Positions 1-12,112 of a stretch of DNA of 64,000 bases are shown piece after piece. The notes below the pieces were generated by a model. The model did no database searches and had not been told where the DNA came from. It saw only the letters and a list, made by a program, of their open reading frames with translations. The stretch is taken from contig NC_086097.1 of assembly GCF_963921235.1 (NCBI RefSeq), positions 244,902,001 to 244,966,000 on the forward strand. Direction: 5' to 3'. Position numbers and translations under genes: made by a program. The first letter of the stretch is position 1; each line of letters begins with the position of its first letter. The DNA comes from Mobula hypostoma (Eukaryota).

Positions 1-1885
1 CCACTCCTTGGGCATTTCTTCACTTTTCCAGATGGTGTTACAGCACATGGTACATTTCTCTGCCACTGCCCTTAAGCATTTTTGCACTTATCTCATCTTT
101 TCCGGGTGCTTTTCCTGATTTCATTTTCCTGATGGCTTGCTGGACTTCTTCAACTGTAGGTGGTTCCGTGGTGATATCAAGGTCTTCATTACTCTCACAA
201 ATTTCAGGGGTTTCTCGAGGTGTTGGTCTATTCAAAACTGCTTCAAAATGTTCTTTCCATCTGGTGGTTATTCCTTTCTCGTTTTTGATAATATTGCCGT
301 CCTTTGCTTTTATAGCAATATCATGCCTATTTCCATAGTTCCCCTTCATGCACTTGGTTATTTTGTATAATGTTCTCATATCCATATCTTTTGCAGCTTC
401 TTCAGCTTTTGAGGCAAATGTCTCAAAGTACTGTCGCTTGTCCTTTCTGCAGCTTCGTTTAACATCCTTGTCAATCTCGGCATATTCAGCAGCAAGTCTC
501 TCCTTCAGGCGATGGGAAGTTGTACTCAGCATTCTTTTCTTGGTTTCTTTCCTTTTTGTTATTTTCATCCAGGTTCACTAATCCATTCTTCTTTTCGTTT
601 CTTTTGGTATCCCAGGATCTCTTTACTCGTCCCCTTCATCACATTATTAAAGTTGTGGATTGTCATGTCAGTATCTTTGCCAAGTATGCTAAACCTGTTT
701 GTAAGTTTGAGTGTAAATTTTCTCTGTATCTCGAAGTTTTGAAGTTTGCTGGAATTGAAGCATCGGCCTCTGCCTAAGCCCATTCTCACTTTTCTCAATT
801 TTAGTTTCATTTTTGCTACAAGGAGATGGTGATCGCTGCCGACATCCGCTAGCCTTTTTACCCAAACATCGTTGAGTGATCTCTTCCATTTGTTCTTGAT
901 AATGATATGGTCAATCTGACTCTCTCTTTTCCCATCTGGGAATTTCCATGTGAGTTTATGGATATGTCTGTGCTGGAAAATGGTGCCTCCTACTGTAAGA
1001 TGGTTCATTTCACAAAAGTCACAAAGTCTTTCACCATTGTCATTCATGACTCCAACACCATGCCTTCCAATAGTACTTTCGCGATTGCTGTTTCCATTCC
1101 CAACTCTTGCATTAAGTTCCCCCATTATAATGAGCACATCATGTGTCGGGATCTTTTCCATGGCAGCTCAAAGGCTGTTATAAAACTCATCTTTAGTTTT
1201 TTCCTCCGCATCCTCAGTAGGTGAATTATGGACAGTTTAGTGAACTTAGAGTTTAAACGAACATACAGGAGTCTTTCATAGATGGGGTTCCATTCTAATA
1301 AGGCCCTCGAGGCATCTTTGTCCATGATGAGTGCCACACCTTGTAAATGGTGGTTGTCCTTGTGGCCTGACCATATGATTGTATCGCCAGATGCTAGGGG
1401 TCGCTTTCCAGAATCTGTCCAATGTGTTTCTTGTATTCCAAGCAGCTGCAGTCAGTAGTTATGCATCTCTTTGATAGTCTGTGCAAGCTTTCCAGTTTGA
1501 TATAAAGTTTGAACATTCCAGCATCCAATATGGATAGTTTCTTTGGGTGAAAGAAGATTAGCTCTCAGTCCGGAGATGTCCTGGTGGCTTTGATCTCCGT
1601 CCATCATAATTTCTGTTCCCAGTTCTGCATCACTCCTCTCACTGGTATCAATAAATTTTCTTGTTTCAGTTTCTGTAGTGGTAAAGATTTTACAGGGTAG
1701 GGTTGCTAGCCCTACGCCCAACCCCCAACCTGGAGGACCAGGTGCTGTATTCGTCTGGCCCTTCGCCTGGAACCTGCCCAGCAAGGTTGAACCTACCAGG
1801 GACTGAAGTCCCAGCTAGTACAGCTCCCAGGATCATTAAGGCACACAAACCTCCCCACCACGATAAGAAACAGCACATAGGGAGG
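1..1885 (-). mobile_element. RTE-clade non-LTR retrotransposon, 5' part (5'UTR, AP endonuclease, start of linker/RT), disrupted; continues beyond window start
   Basis: Minus-strand ORFs carry APE motifs IGCWNVQTL, IIMGELNARVG, MNDNGERL, SQIDHII, DVGSDHHLL, then RWKEHFEAVLN and KAPGKDEISA, typical of the single RTE ORF. Split by stops and frameshifts. RTE-like 5'UTR at about 1690-1885. Confidence 0.85.
1690..1880 (-). ncRNA. Structured RNA in the RTE 5'UTR (candidate ribozyme or translation element)
   Basis: Visible helices: GTGCTGT/ACAGCAC (1870-1876 with 1742-1748), GGGAC-TTCA-GTCCC (1799-1812), CCTGGGA/TTCCAGG, CCTGG-TCCT-CCAGG (1729-1742), GTAGGG-N7-CCCTAC (1697-1715). Function is inferred only. 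Confidence 0.5.
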
Positions 1886-3184
1886 ATGTTTATAGTGTCC
1901 TATTTTATAATTGTCCTCTTGGTAATATTACCAAACATATCCCGACCATAAAAGTGTTGAACATCTGGGAATTAAAGGAAAAGAGAAACTGAAAACAATC
2001 ATAATGAAGAAAGAAACAGCAGCACAGTGGCACAGCCAGTAGAGCAGCTAGAGACCGAGGTTCACTCCTGACTTCTAATATCAAAATGGGTGCTTGATGA
2101 ACAGCACGGACTTAAATTTGAATTGAATTGAATGATCTTTATTGTCATTGTACATAGTTACAATGACACTCTATTTGGCTTCCTGTCAGGCAATTAAATA
2201 AAGCGGTAGATAAAAACAAGACAGTAATAGGAAAACAGTATTAAATAGATAAGTAACAGAAAATAAGTTGCAGCAGCACCAGAATATCACAGTAATGCAC
2301 AAATTGCTGTTAGTGCAAGTATTGTGTGTGCTCACAGTTTCAATCATTGTTCTGTGGGAGTGATGTGATGGAGGCCACAGCTCTGGGATAGAAGCTGTTC
2401 CTCGGTCTATTTAGTGGGCTAACTGGCCTCTTTCCACGCTGATACCATGATAAGGTAAAGTAAAAGTCTGTAACCAACTGTTAGAAGAAGCAGCTGCTGA
2501 AATGTTAAATATTCCAGCTGCAATCAAAAATACCAAGGTTTCTGTAGCTTCGCAGATGAATGGAAAAGTGCATGTGAAACAAATTTGTTCAAAGACAGAA
2601 AGGAGATAAACAGCACAAAACTCTAAGCTGGTCAGCCTAACATCTGTCACTGCCGGAATCCATGACTAACGAAATACAATTGAGCAGAGTCAACATCATT
2701 TATAAATGCAAAGTCGTGTTTAACAAATGAATACAGTTCTCTGAGATTGTTATGGATGGGGTAGCAGGAAATGTATTTTGTTTAGATTGCCAGAATGCCA
2801 GATTGTCTAGGTGCCACAAAAAATGTTAGTACTGAAAGTAAGTACTCTGGCACTGGTGTAACATTGGCTAAGAGAAAACAACAAGTTGTTATAAATTCAA
2901 TTTGGCAAGCTGAGATAAATAGAATGGTACAAAATTCAGTGGTGGAGCCCAGTCTATATACGTAATTTGAATGATAAAATTAATCTTTTGTATTTACATA
3001 TACTGACTATATAGTACAGAAATTCTTGATAGGTGGATTTAGTTAAAGTGAACAGGTAAATATTTAGCATATAGCAGCATACAGTGTGGGGAAATGTGAA
3101 GGTATCCAACAGTTTGATTTTTTGGCTCCTGTTTCCAGTATCTGCATTCTTTTGTATTCATTTTGTTAGGAGGTTTAGGGGGAA

Positions 3185-3770
3185 AATGTTAAAACTTTAT
3201 AAAGCACTGGTGAGGCCTCACTTGGAATATTGTGAGCAGGATTGGGCGCCTTAGAAAGGATGTGCTTAAACTGGAGAGGTTTCAAAGGACGTTCACGAAA
3301 CCGATTCCAGTATTGAATGGTTTGTCATATGAAAAGCATCTGATGGCTCTGGGCCTGTATTCCCTGGAATTCAGAAGAATGAGAGATGACCTAATTGAAA
3401 CCTATCAGATGCTGAAAGACCTTAATAGAATAGATGTGAAGAGGATGTTTTCTATGATGGAGAAAGTCTAAGACAAGAGGACACAGCCTCAGAATAGCAG
3501 GGTATCCTTTTTGAACGGAGATTAGGGGCAATTTCTTTAGCCAGGGAGTGGTAAATTTGTAGAATTCTTTGTCAAGGCCGCTGTGGAGGTCAAGTCTTTA
3601 TATTTAAGGCAGAAGTTGATAGATTCTTGATTGGTCAGGGCATGAAGGGGTACAGGGAAAAGGCAGGAGATTGGGGCTGAGAGGAAAATTGGATCAGCCA
3701 TGATGAAATGGCAGAGCAGACTCAAAGGGCCAAATGGCCTAATTCTGCTCCTATTTCTTAGCTTCTTGTG
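3185..3770 (+). mobile_element. CR1 LINE 3' fragment (decayed)
   Basis: ORF 3232-3471 has LERFQRTFTK and LGLYSLEFRRMRDDLIETYQML (CR1 ORF2 C-terminus). The 3' tail GGGCCAAATGGCCTAATTCTGCTCCTAT recurs across the window. Confidence 0.85.
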
Positions 3771-3879
3771 GTCTACTGCATGCATTCAAATATAACACCT
3801 TCAGTCCTGTCTTCATCACCCTTTTTTGATTTTGCTCTGATGTTACTCTTCAGCTCATCCCACTAGCTGCAATTTTGCC

Positions 3880-4830
3880 CTATCATCTGTCTGTCCTTCC
3901 TCACAGTCACACTACGTACTGCATATATTTATATATTAGCAGCCTCATCCTTGGCTCTATCATGTCAGTTCCCATCCCCCTGCAAGCATTGTTTAAACCC
4001 TCCCCAACAGCTCTAGCAAACCTGCTCGCAAGGATAGTTAGTGGTCCCCCTCAGGTCCAAATGTGACCCATCCTTTCTGTACGGGTCATACCTTCCCCAG
4101 AAGAAATTCCCAGTGATCCAGAATTGTGAAACCCTGTCCCCTGCACCACTTCCTCAGCACTCATTCATCTGTACTATCATACTGTTCGTGACTTGGCTAA
4201 CATATGGTTCAGAGATTACAACTTTGGAATCTTGCTCTGCAGCCTCTTCCCCTTTTGTATCTGGCTCTTACCCTCCCTCTTCAGAATATTCTGCAGCTGT
4301 TCTGAGGCTTCCTGGACCCTATCACCTGGGAGGCAACACACCGTCCTGGCTTCTCTTTCGCGGCCACTGAATCTGCTGTCCATCCCCCTAACTATTGAGT
4401 CACCTATCCCTTTTGCTCTGCCTGACTTTAGCTTCCCTGCTGAGCCTCAGAGCCGGCCACAGTACCACAAGCCTAACTGCGGCTACTGTGCCCTGATAAG
4501 TCATCTTGCCCCCAGCAACATCCAAAGGGATATACTTGTTGCTGCGAGGAATGGCCACAGAGGAACCCTGCAAGAGCTAATTAGTCCACTTACTTCTCCT
4601 GGTGGTCACCCATCTACTGTCTGAAGCCTGCTGTATGGGTGTGACTACCTCAGTAGAAGTTTCATCTATGAGGTGTTTAGCCTCCTGAATGATCCTGAGT
4701 GTATCCAACTCCAGCTCCAATTCCTCAGTCAGTCAGGAGCTGAATTTGGGTGCACTTTTTCCTGCAGATGTAGTTATCGGGGAAATCATCAGGTATCCTG
4801 CAATCCCTCATCTCACCTTAACTCGTATCC
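3880..4830 (-). mobile_element. Old CR1 5'/ORF1 remnant
   Basis: Resembles the CR1 ORF1 region at 30700-31250 (GTTTAAACCCTCCCCA, CCTGGGAGGCAAC). Heavily degraded. Confidence 0.55.
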
Positions 4831-5618
4831 TGCCTACAGTTGTATTTCTGACATCACAAATTCTCGACTAACTCTGTTGAGCCAAAGCCTGATCACTTTA
4901 ATGCTTTCATTCCAGCAAAGTAAGGTCCACAAGGAACTGTCTCCAACTCACTCCGCAGACAGGCTATGGAATCTTAGAGCAAGCAAAGACTTGATGGATC
5001 AATGGACTCCTATGTTATTGGGAATTATAAACTGTTAATTGAAAGCCTTAAAATTAAAAGATTAAATGCATACAGATTAAAAGCATTAAACTTGCTTAAA
5101 ATTCATTTAATCATTAGAAATTAATCAATAGAATTGTTAAATAAAGAATGGAAAACCAAGCCAATTGAGTCCAGGCACAAAGTGCATCTGTGTTTCATCC
5201 ATGAATCTGGTGGTGAGGCATCTGACGTCCAGGTCATGCCTGATTTCCACGTTGCACTGTGCAGAGCAGTTTGACAAATTGAGCTCTATACTGTTGTTAA
5301 TTGCTGAGTCTTCAACAGCACCATTAGCTGAAGTGTGACATGACTGCTTCTCTGTCAGTAAACCAGTTGAAAATTGTCAGCAAATGAAATCAACACAAAC
5401 ACTTGTTGTATCAAGTTTAATTTTTTTCTAATATGTACACTGCAATTACACTACAATCTGGTTTGCCATGTTCTTTGAATAACTGGCAATATACACTCAG
5501 TGGCCACTTTGTTAAGTGCAGGAATGTCTTCTGTTGCTATAGCCCACCTACGTCGAGATCTGATGTGCTATGTGTTCAGAGATGTGCTTCTGCACACCAC
5601 TGTCGTAATACGTACTTA

Positions 5619-6489
5619 CGAGCGGTGATTGATAAGTTCATGGCCTGAGGTAGAAGGAGTCAATTTTAGAAAACCTAGCACATTTATTTTTCAACATAGT
5701 CCCCTCCTACATTTCAAGATTCAAAAAACTTTATTGTCATTCTAACCATACATCAGCTCTGCAGGGCAGAATGAGACAGCGTTCCACAGGGGCAGTGCAA
5801 TCATAACATAACAAACGCAACACTAAATAATAAACATAACAATAAATAGTAAAACACAACAGCCGCATGTCAGTTAAAATCAAGTTATAAGTGTCCAGTG
5901 CAAGTTAAAAGTGTCCAAAGCAGAGTCAGGTGGAGCAGCTATTTAGCAGTCTGACTGCCTGTGGGAGGAAGCTGTTTAGTAGCCTTGTGGTTTTAGTTTT
6001 GCTCCTGTAACGTTTGCCTGATGGCAGAAGAACAAACAGTTCATGGAGAGGGTGTGAGGGATCTTAAATGATGTACCGTGTCTTCTGGAGGCATCGACTC
6101 TGAAAGAGGTCTTGGACAGAAGGTAGGGAGACCCCAATAACTTTCACACTCAGTCCAGCGGTCGTGGAGCGTACAGATCTTGGACCTCCAGAAAGTGTCC
6201 ACAGCAGAGGTGATTGATAAGTTTGTGGCCTAAGATAGAAGGAGATGTGTTATACAGCTCTCGTTACGTGCACGTGCTGTTCAACTCGGAGTCATTATGC
6301 AGAAAGTTTGAAGTTAATAACTCATCAAGGGTGATTGATAAGTTTGTGGCCTAAGTTAGAAGGAGATGAGTTATTAACTTCAAACTTTCTGCATAATCAC
6401 TCAAATCGTTGACCTGCATGTGCATGTAATGAGAGCTGTATAACTCATCTCCTTCTACCTTAGGCCACTAATTTATGAATCACCCCTCA
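5619..6489. mobile_element. Mariner-type fold-back MITE nested in the Tc1 element
   Basis: TA|CGAGCGGTGATTGATAAGTT at the left end and AATTTATGAATCACCCCTCA|TA at the right end. The TIR motif GGTGATTGATAAGTTTGTGGCCTAAG repeats internally at about 6209 and 6331. Confidence 0.7.
5714..6140 (-). mobile_element. Rex1/L2-like LINE 3' fragment nested in the MITE
   Basis: Starts TTCAAGATTCAAAAAACTTTATTGTCATT (reverse of an AATAAA plus short-repeat tail) and contains GGGAGGAAGCTGTT and TTTGCCTGATGGCAG, as in other Rex1-like tails here. Confidence 0.6.
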
Positions 6490-7475
6490 TATTTGAGTTA
6501 CTGTCACCTTTCTGTCAGCATGAAACAATCTGGCCATTCTCCTCTGACCTCTCTCATTAACAAGGCATTTTGCCCCACAGAACTGCCACTTCCTGGATAT
6601 TTTTGTTTTGATTTTTGCACCATTCTCTCTAAACCCTAGAGACTGCTATGTGTGAAAATCCCAGGGGATCAGCAGTTTCTGAGGTACTTCAACCTTAGAC
6701 CAAATTTCTAAGTGACTCAAATCACTTCGATCATATTTCTTCCCAATTCTGATGTCTTGTCTGAACAGCAACTGAACCTCTTGACCAGGTCTGCATGCTT
6801 TTATGCATTGAGTTGAGGCCACGTGATTGGCTGATTAGATATTTGCATTAATGAGTAGGTGTGCGGCTGTTACCTAATAAAGTGGCCATTGAGTTGAAGT
6901 ATCCAATGTGTATTGTACATTATTCCTACCAAAGAGACTGAAAGCTTCAAGCATGCACAAAGGATAATTTCACAGGATCTGTCTTAAATTCATAGTTACC
7001 TATCCATCTTCTTGCATGTATATCCAATTTTTATTCTCCTTTAAATAATGTGGCAAAGTTCTCTGGATAGCAACAATCTATCATTTGGTGAGGTGACTTT
7101 TGTAAATAGTTATCCATTCACGTGGAATTTTATGGGAAATGATGTTCATATTTCTGTCTTCTCCTTCTCCTGGTACGATAGGCATCAAGGAAGTTGTTGT
7201 GCCCTATGACTTTGCAATCTCTGGTAGGTCATTGGAGATTGAGGTTTCTATCTGGTGGAAGTTTGCAACCATGGAGAAAGTTAGCAAAGGGGGAAGAGTG
7301 AAATAATTTAGTCATTTCAACATAAATTGAAAAGATCCTGCGTCATATTTGCATAAATCTATGATAAGAAAAAGTGTTAAATATGCTTCTTTCCCATAGG
7401 TTTTGTACTGATGGCAACTAATTAGTCTGTTTATCTTTTTTTGCATGCAAACCCTTGTGTTGGAACTCTCAATAG

Positions 7476-7478
7476 AGA
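7476..7478 (+). CDS. CLASP2: CLASP2 3-nt microexon (AGA, Arg), phase 0-0
   Basis: ctctcaatAG|AGA|GTAAGT with a perfect donor. Upstream ACTAAT (7417-7422), T-rich tract (7426-7442) and TGCATGC (7442-7448). Lies in the phase-0 intron before the VFSMFLETL exon, where I recall vertebrate CLASP isoforms differing by one Arg (DPHxK[R]VFSMF). Confidence 0.8.
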
Positions 7479-9619
7479 GTAAGTGTGTTCAGCATTTATT
7501 GGAAGCCTATTTGCATGACAAAAATTAACCTTTTGCAATCTGCTGATCACATTTTGCAGTACTTTGGAAGCCTGAGCAGTTTGTTCAATCGCTGTTGCAT
7601 AAATCAGACATAGAAGTTAATTTTTATTCCAGTATTAATTATACTGTGATTTACTAATGAGCTGGCATTGCTTGTGCTGTGCTTTTGCTTTTATGATCAT
7701 TGTAGTTTGGTGTTTGGCTACGTAGTCTGCATTGATATTTTTCGGGGCTTGGAATATTCCATTGCGTAAGAAGCTTGTAGTCAAAAAAGAGTCAATACTA
7801 TCCCACCTTCCCAACTTTTGTGTATTATTCAAAACTGGGACAATTTTGCCTTTTTTAAACAAACTGTTTAAAACTTAAGAGAGATAATATTTCAGATTGG
7901 ATCCAAGCATGCATATGATTCACCTGTTTAATTTGAATATAATATCTACGAATATTGTCCTTACTTCAGTTAAATTTTATGTTATTAACCCAAAACAGAA
8001 AAGTACCATAATTCATATTAATTTCACTAGCTTGTTTGTAGATATACATTTCCCAATTATACAAGATAGCTAAATGAGAAATTCACAGCAATGTAAGTTA
8101 TTTATCCATTGTATTTTCAATACATTAGGAATTAATACAGATCATGCTGAAATACTATTGATCATATTGTTTTAAAAATTAAAGGCGTGGACAGATGAAA
8201 AGTGTCGGTAAGCTACTTTATGAATGAAAGGAGTCATTTTCACATTTAGTTTCATGGACCACAAAGATCTGGAGTCAGAAATTATCCTGCATTTTTGATT
8301 GTCTACAATGAATTAACTGGTAAATGTTTTCTGTTCAAAGTACCTTCATTTATTTATATCTGGAGTTTTGAGTTTTAATTTTACATGCAAGTATTATTAT
8401 ATATTCAGCAAGAAAGCAATCAAACTTTGATCTTCAGAGTATATATTTTGGTTATTTTATCAACGTCATGCATTTGTTTATTGAGTCAATGACTTTAGTG
8501 TTAATTTACAGCTAAAGATACTGTTAGAATGGCAGCCTGCAGATTACCAAATATTTCTTCAGATATTCAGCAGAGAAAATCAAGACATTGTTTTGAAAGA
8601 CATTTCTGATGTGATGTAGGGTTTTCTTTCATATCTGTGCAAATCATAAACCTCTCACGAGAAGACCATCAATAGATTAGACTATCAGCAATGCTTCTGC
8701 AACTTGTGCTTTGATGATTAGAAGGTTTCTCTTAATTTTGGCTGGAATAATTTTCATGTAAAATTAAATAATGAAATATTTTCCTCAAATCTGGATGACA
8801 ATGTTAATCTGAAATGAAATCATGCCAGAACTATTGTATATTCACAAAATTTTTGCATGGTGAAATCAATTCACTGATAACCGATTATAAACTTGAAGTT
8901 ATGAAATTTTGAGTAGGGTTTCTGTGTTAGCACCGGAAGGAGTATTCAGTTTACATTGGTTTGGAATCAAAACCATATCTCATTAATATGTCTCATGTAT
9001 TGATAAATAATTTCAAACTTTAATCAGCAAAGATGGATATCCATCGATTAAAATACCAAACCCCTTATAATCCCATAGGAATACCTCGGGTTTATTAGAA
9101 AATTTCATTTCAGTCTTTATTTTTTATTCACTGCCTGGTTTTCATCACTGAGGAATTGGGGATTTGTTGGAGAATTCTGTTTTTTGAACAGCCTTCTGTT
9201 CTGCTCATGTTTGCAAATAGCCTATACTATCTTCTAGGTAAATACACCCTTAATTATGGCATGCACCATGCCTTTATTTAAGTTTTATTGTAGCTTCTCC
9301 ATTGCTTTGATCTATTTGTTATCCATTTTGACTGTGTAGTACATTAGTTCACTTTTTGTTGTTTGAGGTAATCTTTTAAGGCATGAGCTAACTCTGTATT
9401 TTTGTTCCCAATTTTTTTTTTTTATTTAGAAGCTTTTTCTGTATCCTTTTGAATTTTCAGCTTGTGGGTAGTTACTGAAATATTTATGGATTTTGGATGC
9501 AAATTAATTTTTAAACTTTGAATACAATCCCTCTGATTTTGACTGATTAAGTTTTTAAACTTCAATGCAATGCTGTCAGGTTTTGTCAGATGCCACGTTG
9601 AACCCAAATTCCTTTGCAA

Positions 9620-12112
9620 TTCTGGCTAATCATATAAACCATACAACAATTACAGCACGGAAACAGGCCATCTCGGCCCTGCTAGTCCGTGCTGAATTCT
9701 CACTCTCACCTAGACCCACCGACCTGCACTCAGCCCATAACCCTCCATTCCTTTCCTGTCCATATATCTATCCAATCTAACTTTAAACGACAACATCGAA
9801 CCTGCCTCAACCACTTCCACTGGAAGCTCGTTCCACACAGCTACACTCTCTGAGTAAGGAAGTCCCCCCTAAGTTACCCCTAAATTTTTGCCCTTTAACT
9901 CTCAACTCATGTCCTCTTGTTTGAATTTCCCCCACTCTCAATGGAAAAAGCCTATCCACGTCAACTCTATCTATCCCCCTCATAATTTTAAATACCTCTA
10001 TCAAGTCCCCCCTCAACCTTCTACGTTCCAAAGAATAAAGACCCAACTTGTTCAACCTTTCTCTGTAACTTAGGAGATGAAACCCAGGTAACATTCTAGT
10101 AAATCTTCTCTGTACCCTCTCTATTTTGTTGACATCCTTCCTATAATTCGGTGACCAAAACTGTACACAATACTCCAAATTTGGCCTCACCAATGCCTCG
10201 TACAATTTCAACATGACATCCCAACTCCTATACTCAATGCTCTGATTTATAAAGGCCAGCATACCAAAAGCTTTCTTCACCACCCTATCCACATGAGATT
10301 CCACCTTCAGGGAACTATGCACCATTATTCCTAGATCCCTCTGTTCTAAAGCATTCTTCAGTGCCCTACCATTTACATGTTGTCCTATTTTGATTAGTCC
10401 TACCAAAATGTAGCACCTCACATTTATCAGCATTAAACTCCATCTGCCATCTTTCAGCCCACTCTTCTAACTGGCCTAAATCTCTCTGCATGCTTTGAAA
10501 ACCTACTTCATTATCCACAACTCCACCTATCTTAGTATCACCTGCATACTTACTAATCCAATTTACCACCCCATCATCCAGACGATGAATGTATATGACA
10601 AACAACATTGGACCCAGTACAGATCCCTGAGGCACACCACTAGTCACCGGCCTCCAATCTGACAAACAGTTATCCACCACAACTCTCTGGTGTCTCCCAT
10701 CCAGCCACTGCTGAATCCATTTTACTACTTCAATATTAATACCTAACGATTGAACCTTCCGTGTGGAACCTTGTCAAAGGCCTTACTGAAGTCCATATAG
10801 ACAGCATCCACCGCTTTACCCTCGTCAACTTTCCTAGTAACCTCTTCAAAAAATTCAATAAGATTTGTCAAACACGACCTTCCACGCACAAATCTATGTT
10901 GACTGTTCCTAATCAGACCCTGTCTATCCAGATACTTATATATACCATCTCTAAGAATACTTTCCATCAATTTACCCACTACTGACGTCAAAGTCACAGG
11001 CCGATAATTGCTAGGTTTACTCTTAGAACCCTTTTTAAACAATAGAACCACATGAGGAATACGCCAGTTCTCCGGCACCATCCCCGTTTCTAATGACATT
11101 TGAAATATTTCTGTCAGAGCCCCTGCTAGTTCCACACTAACTTCCCTCAAGGTCCTAGAGAATATCCTCTCAGGACCCAGAGACTTATCCACTTTTATAT
11201 TCCTTAAACGCTCCAGTACTTCCTCTTCTTTAATCATCATAGTTTCCATAACTTCCCTACCTGTTTCCCTTATCTAACACAATTCAATATCCTTCTCCTT
11301 AGTGAATACCGAAGAAAAGAAGTTGTTCAGAATCTCCCCCATCTCTTCTGGCTCCACACATAGCTGTCCATTCTGATTCTCTAAGGGACCAATTTTATCT
11401 CTCACTATCCTTTTGCTATTAATATAACGGTAGAAACCCTTGGGATTTATTTTCTCCTTACTTGCCAAAGCAACCTCATATCTTCTTTTAGCTTTTCTAA
11501 TTTATTTCTTAAGATTCTTTTTACATTCTTTATATTCCTCGAGCACCTCATTTACTCCATGCTGCCTATATTTATTATAGATATCTCTCTTTTTCCGAAC
11601 CAAGTTCCCAATATCCCTTAAAAACCATGGCTCTCTCAAACTTTTAACCTTTCCTTTCAACCTAAGAGGCACATAAAGATTCTGTACCCTCAAAATTTCA
11701 CCTTTAAATGACCTCCATTTCTCTATTACATTCTTCCCATAAAACAAATTGTCCCAATCCACTTCTTCTAAATCCTTTCGCACCTCCTCGAAGTTGGCCT
11801 TTCTCCAATCAAAAATCTCAACCCTGGGTGCAGACCTATCCTTCTCTATAATTATATTGAAACTGATAGCATTGTGATCACTGGACCCGAAGTGCTCCCC
11901 AACACAAACCTCCGTCACCTGACCTATCTCATTCCCTAACAGGAGATCCAGCACTGCCCTTTCTCTAGTTAGTTCCTCTATGTATTGCTGCAATAAACTA
12001 TCCTGCACACATTTTACAAACTCCAAACCATCCAGCCCTTTTACAGAATGGGCTTCCCAGTCTATGTGTGGAAAATTAAAATCTCCCACAATCACAACCT
12101 TGTGCTTACTAA
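9620..12112 (-). mobile_element. CR1 LINE, 5'-truncated and relatively young (APE, RT, 3' tail)
   Basis: ORFs with VIVGDFNFPHIDW, HFGSSDHN, NYRPVTLTSVVGKLME, YMDFSKAFDKVPH, SGVPQGSVLGP, KYAGDTK and LYSLERRRLRGDLIEVFK. Few stops or frameshifts. Confidence 0.95.

Larger units (their letters stand above)
5494..6895 (-). mobile_element. Non-autonomous Tc1-like DNA transposon interrupted by nested insertions
   Basis: TA|CACTCAGTGGCCACTTT at 5492 and inverted TAATAAAGTGGCCATTGAGT at about 6875-6894. Body is the reverse complement of the copy at 53201-53718. Confidence 0.75.

Noticed and set aside
2018..2110. tRNA-like A/B-box sequence as a tRNA gene
   Set aside because: No cloverleaf can be formed. 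It looks like a degraded SINE head.
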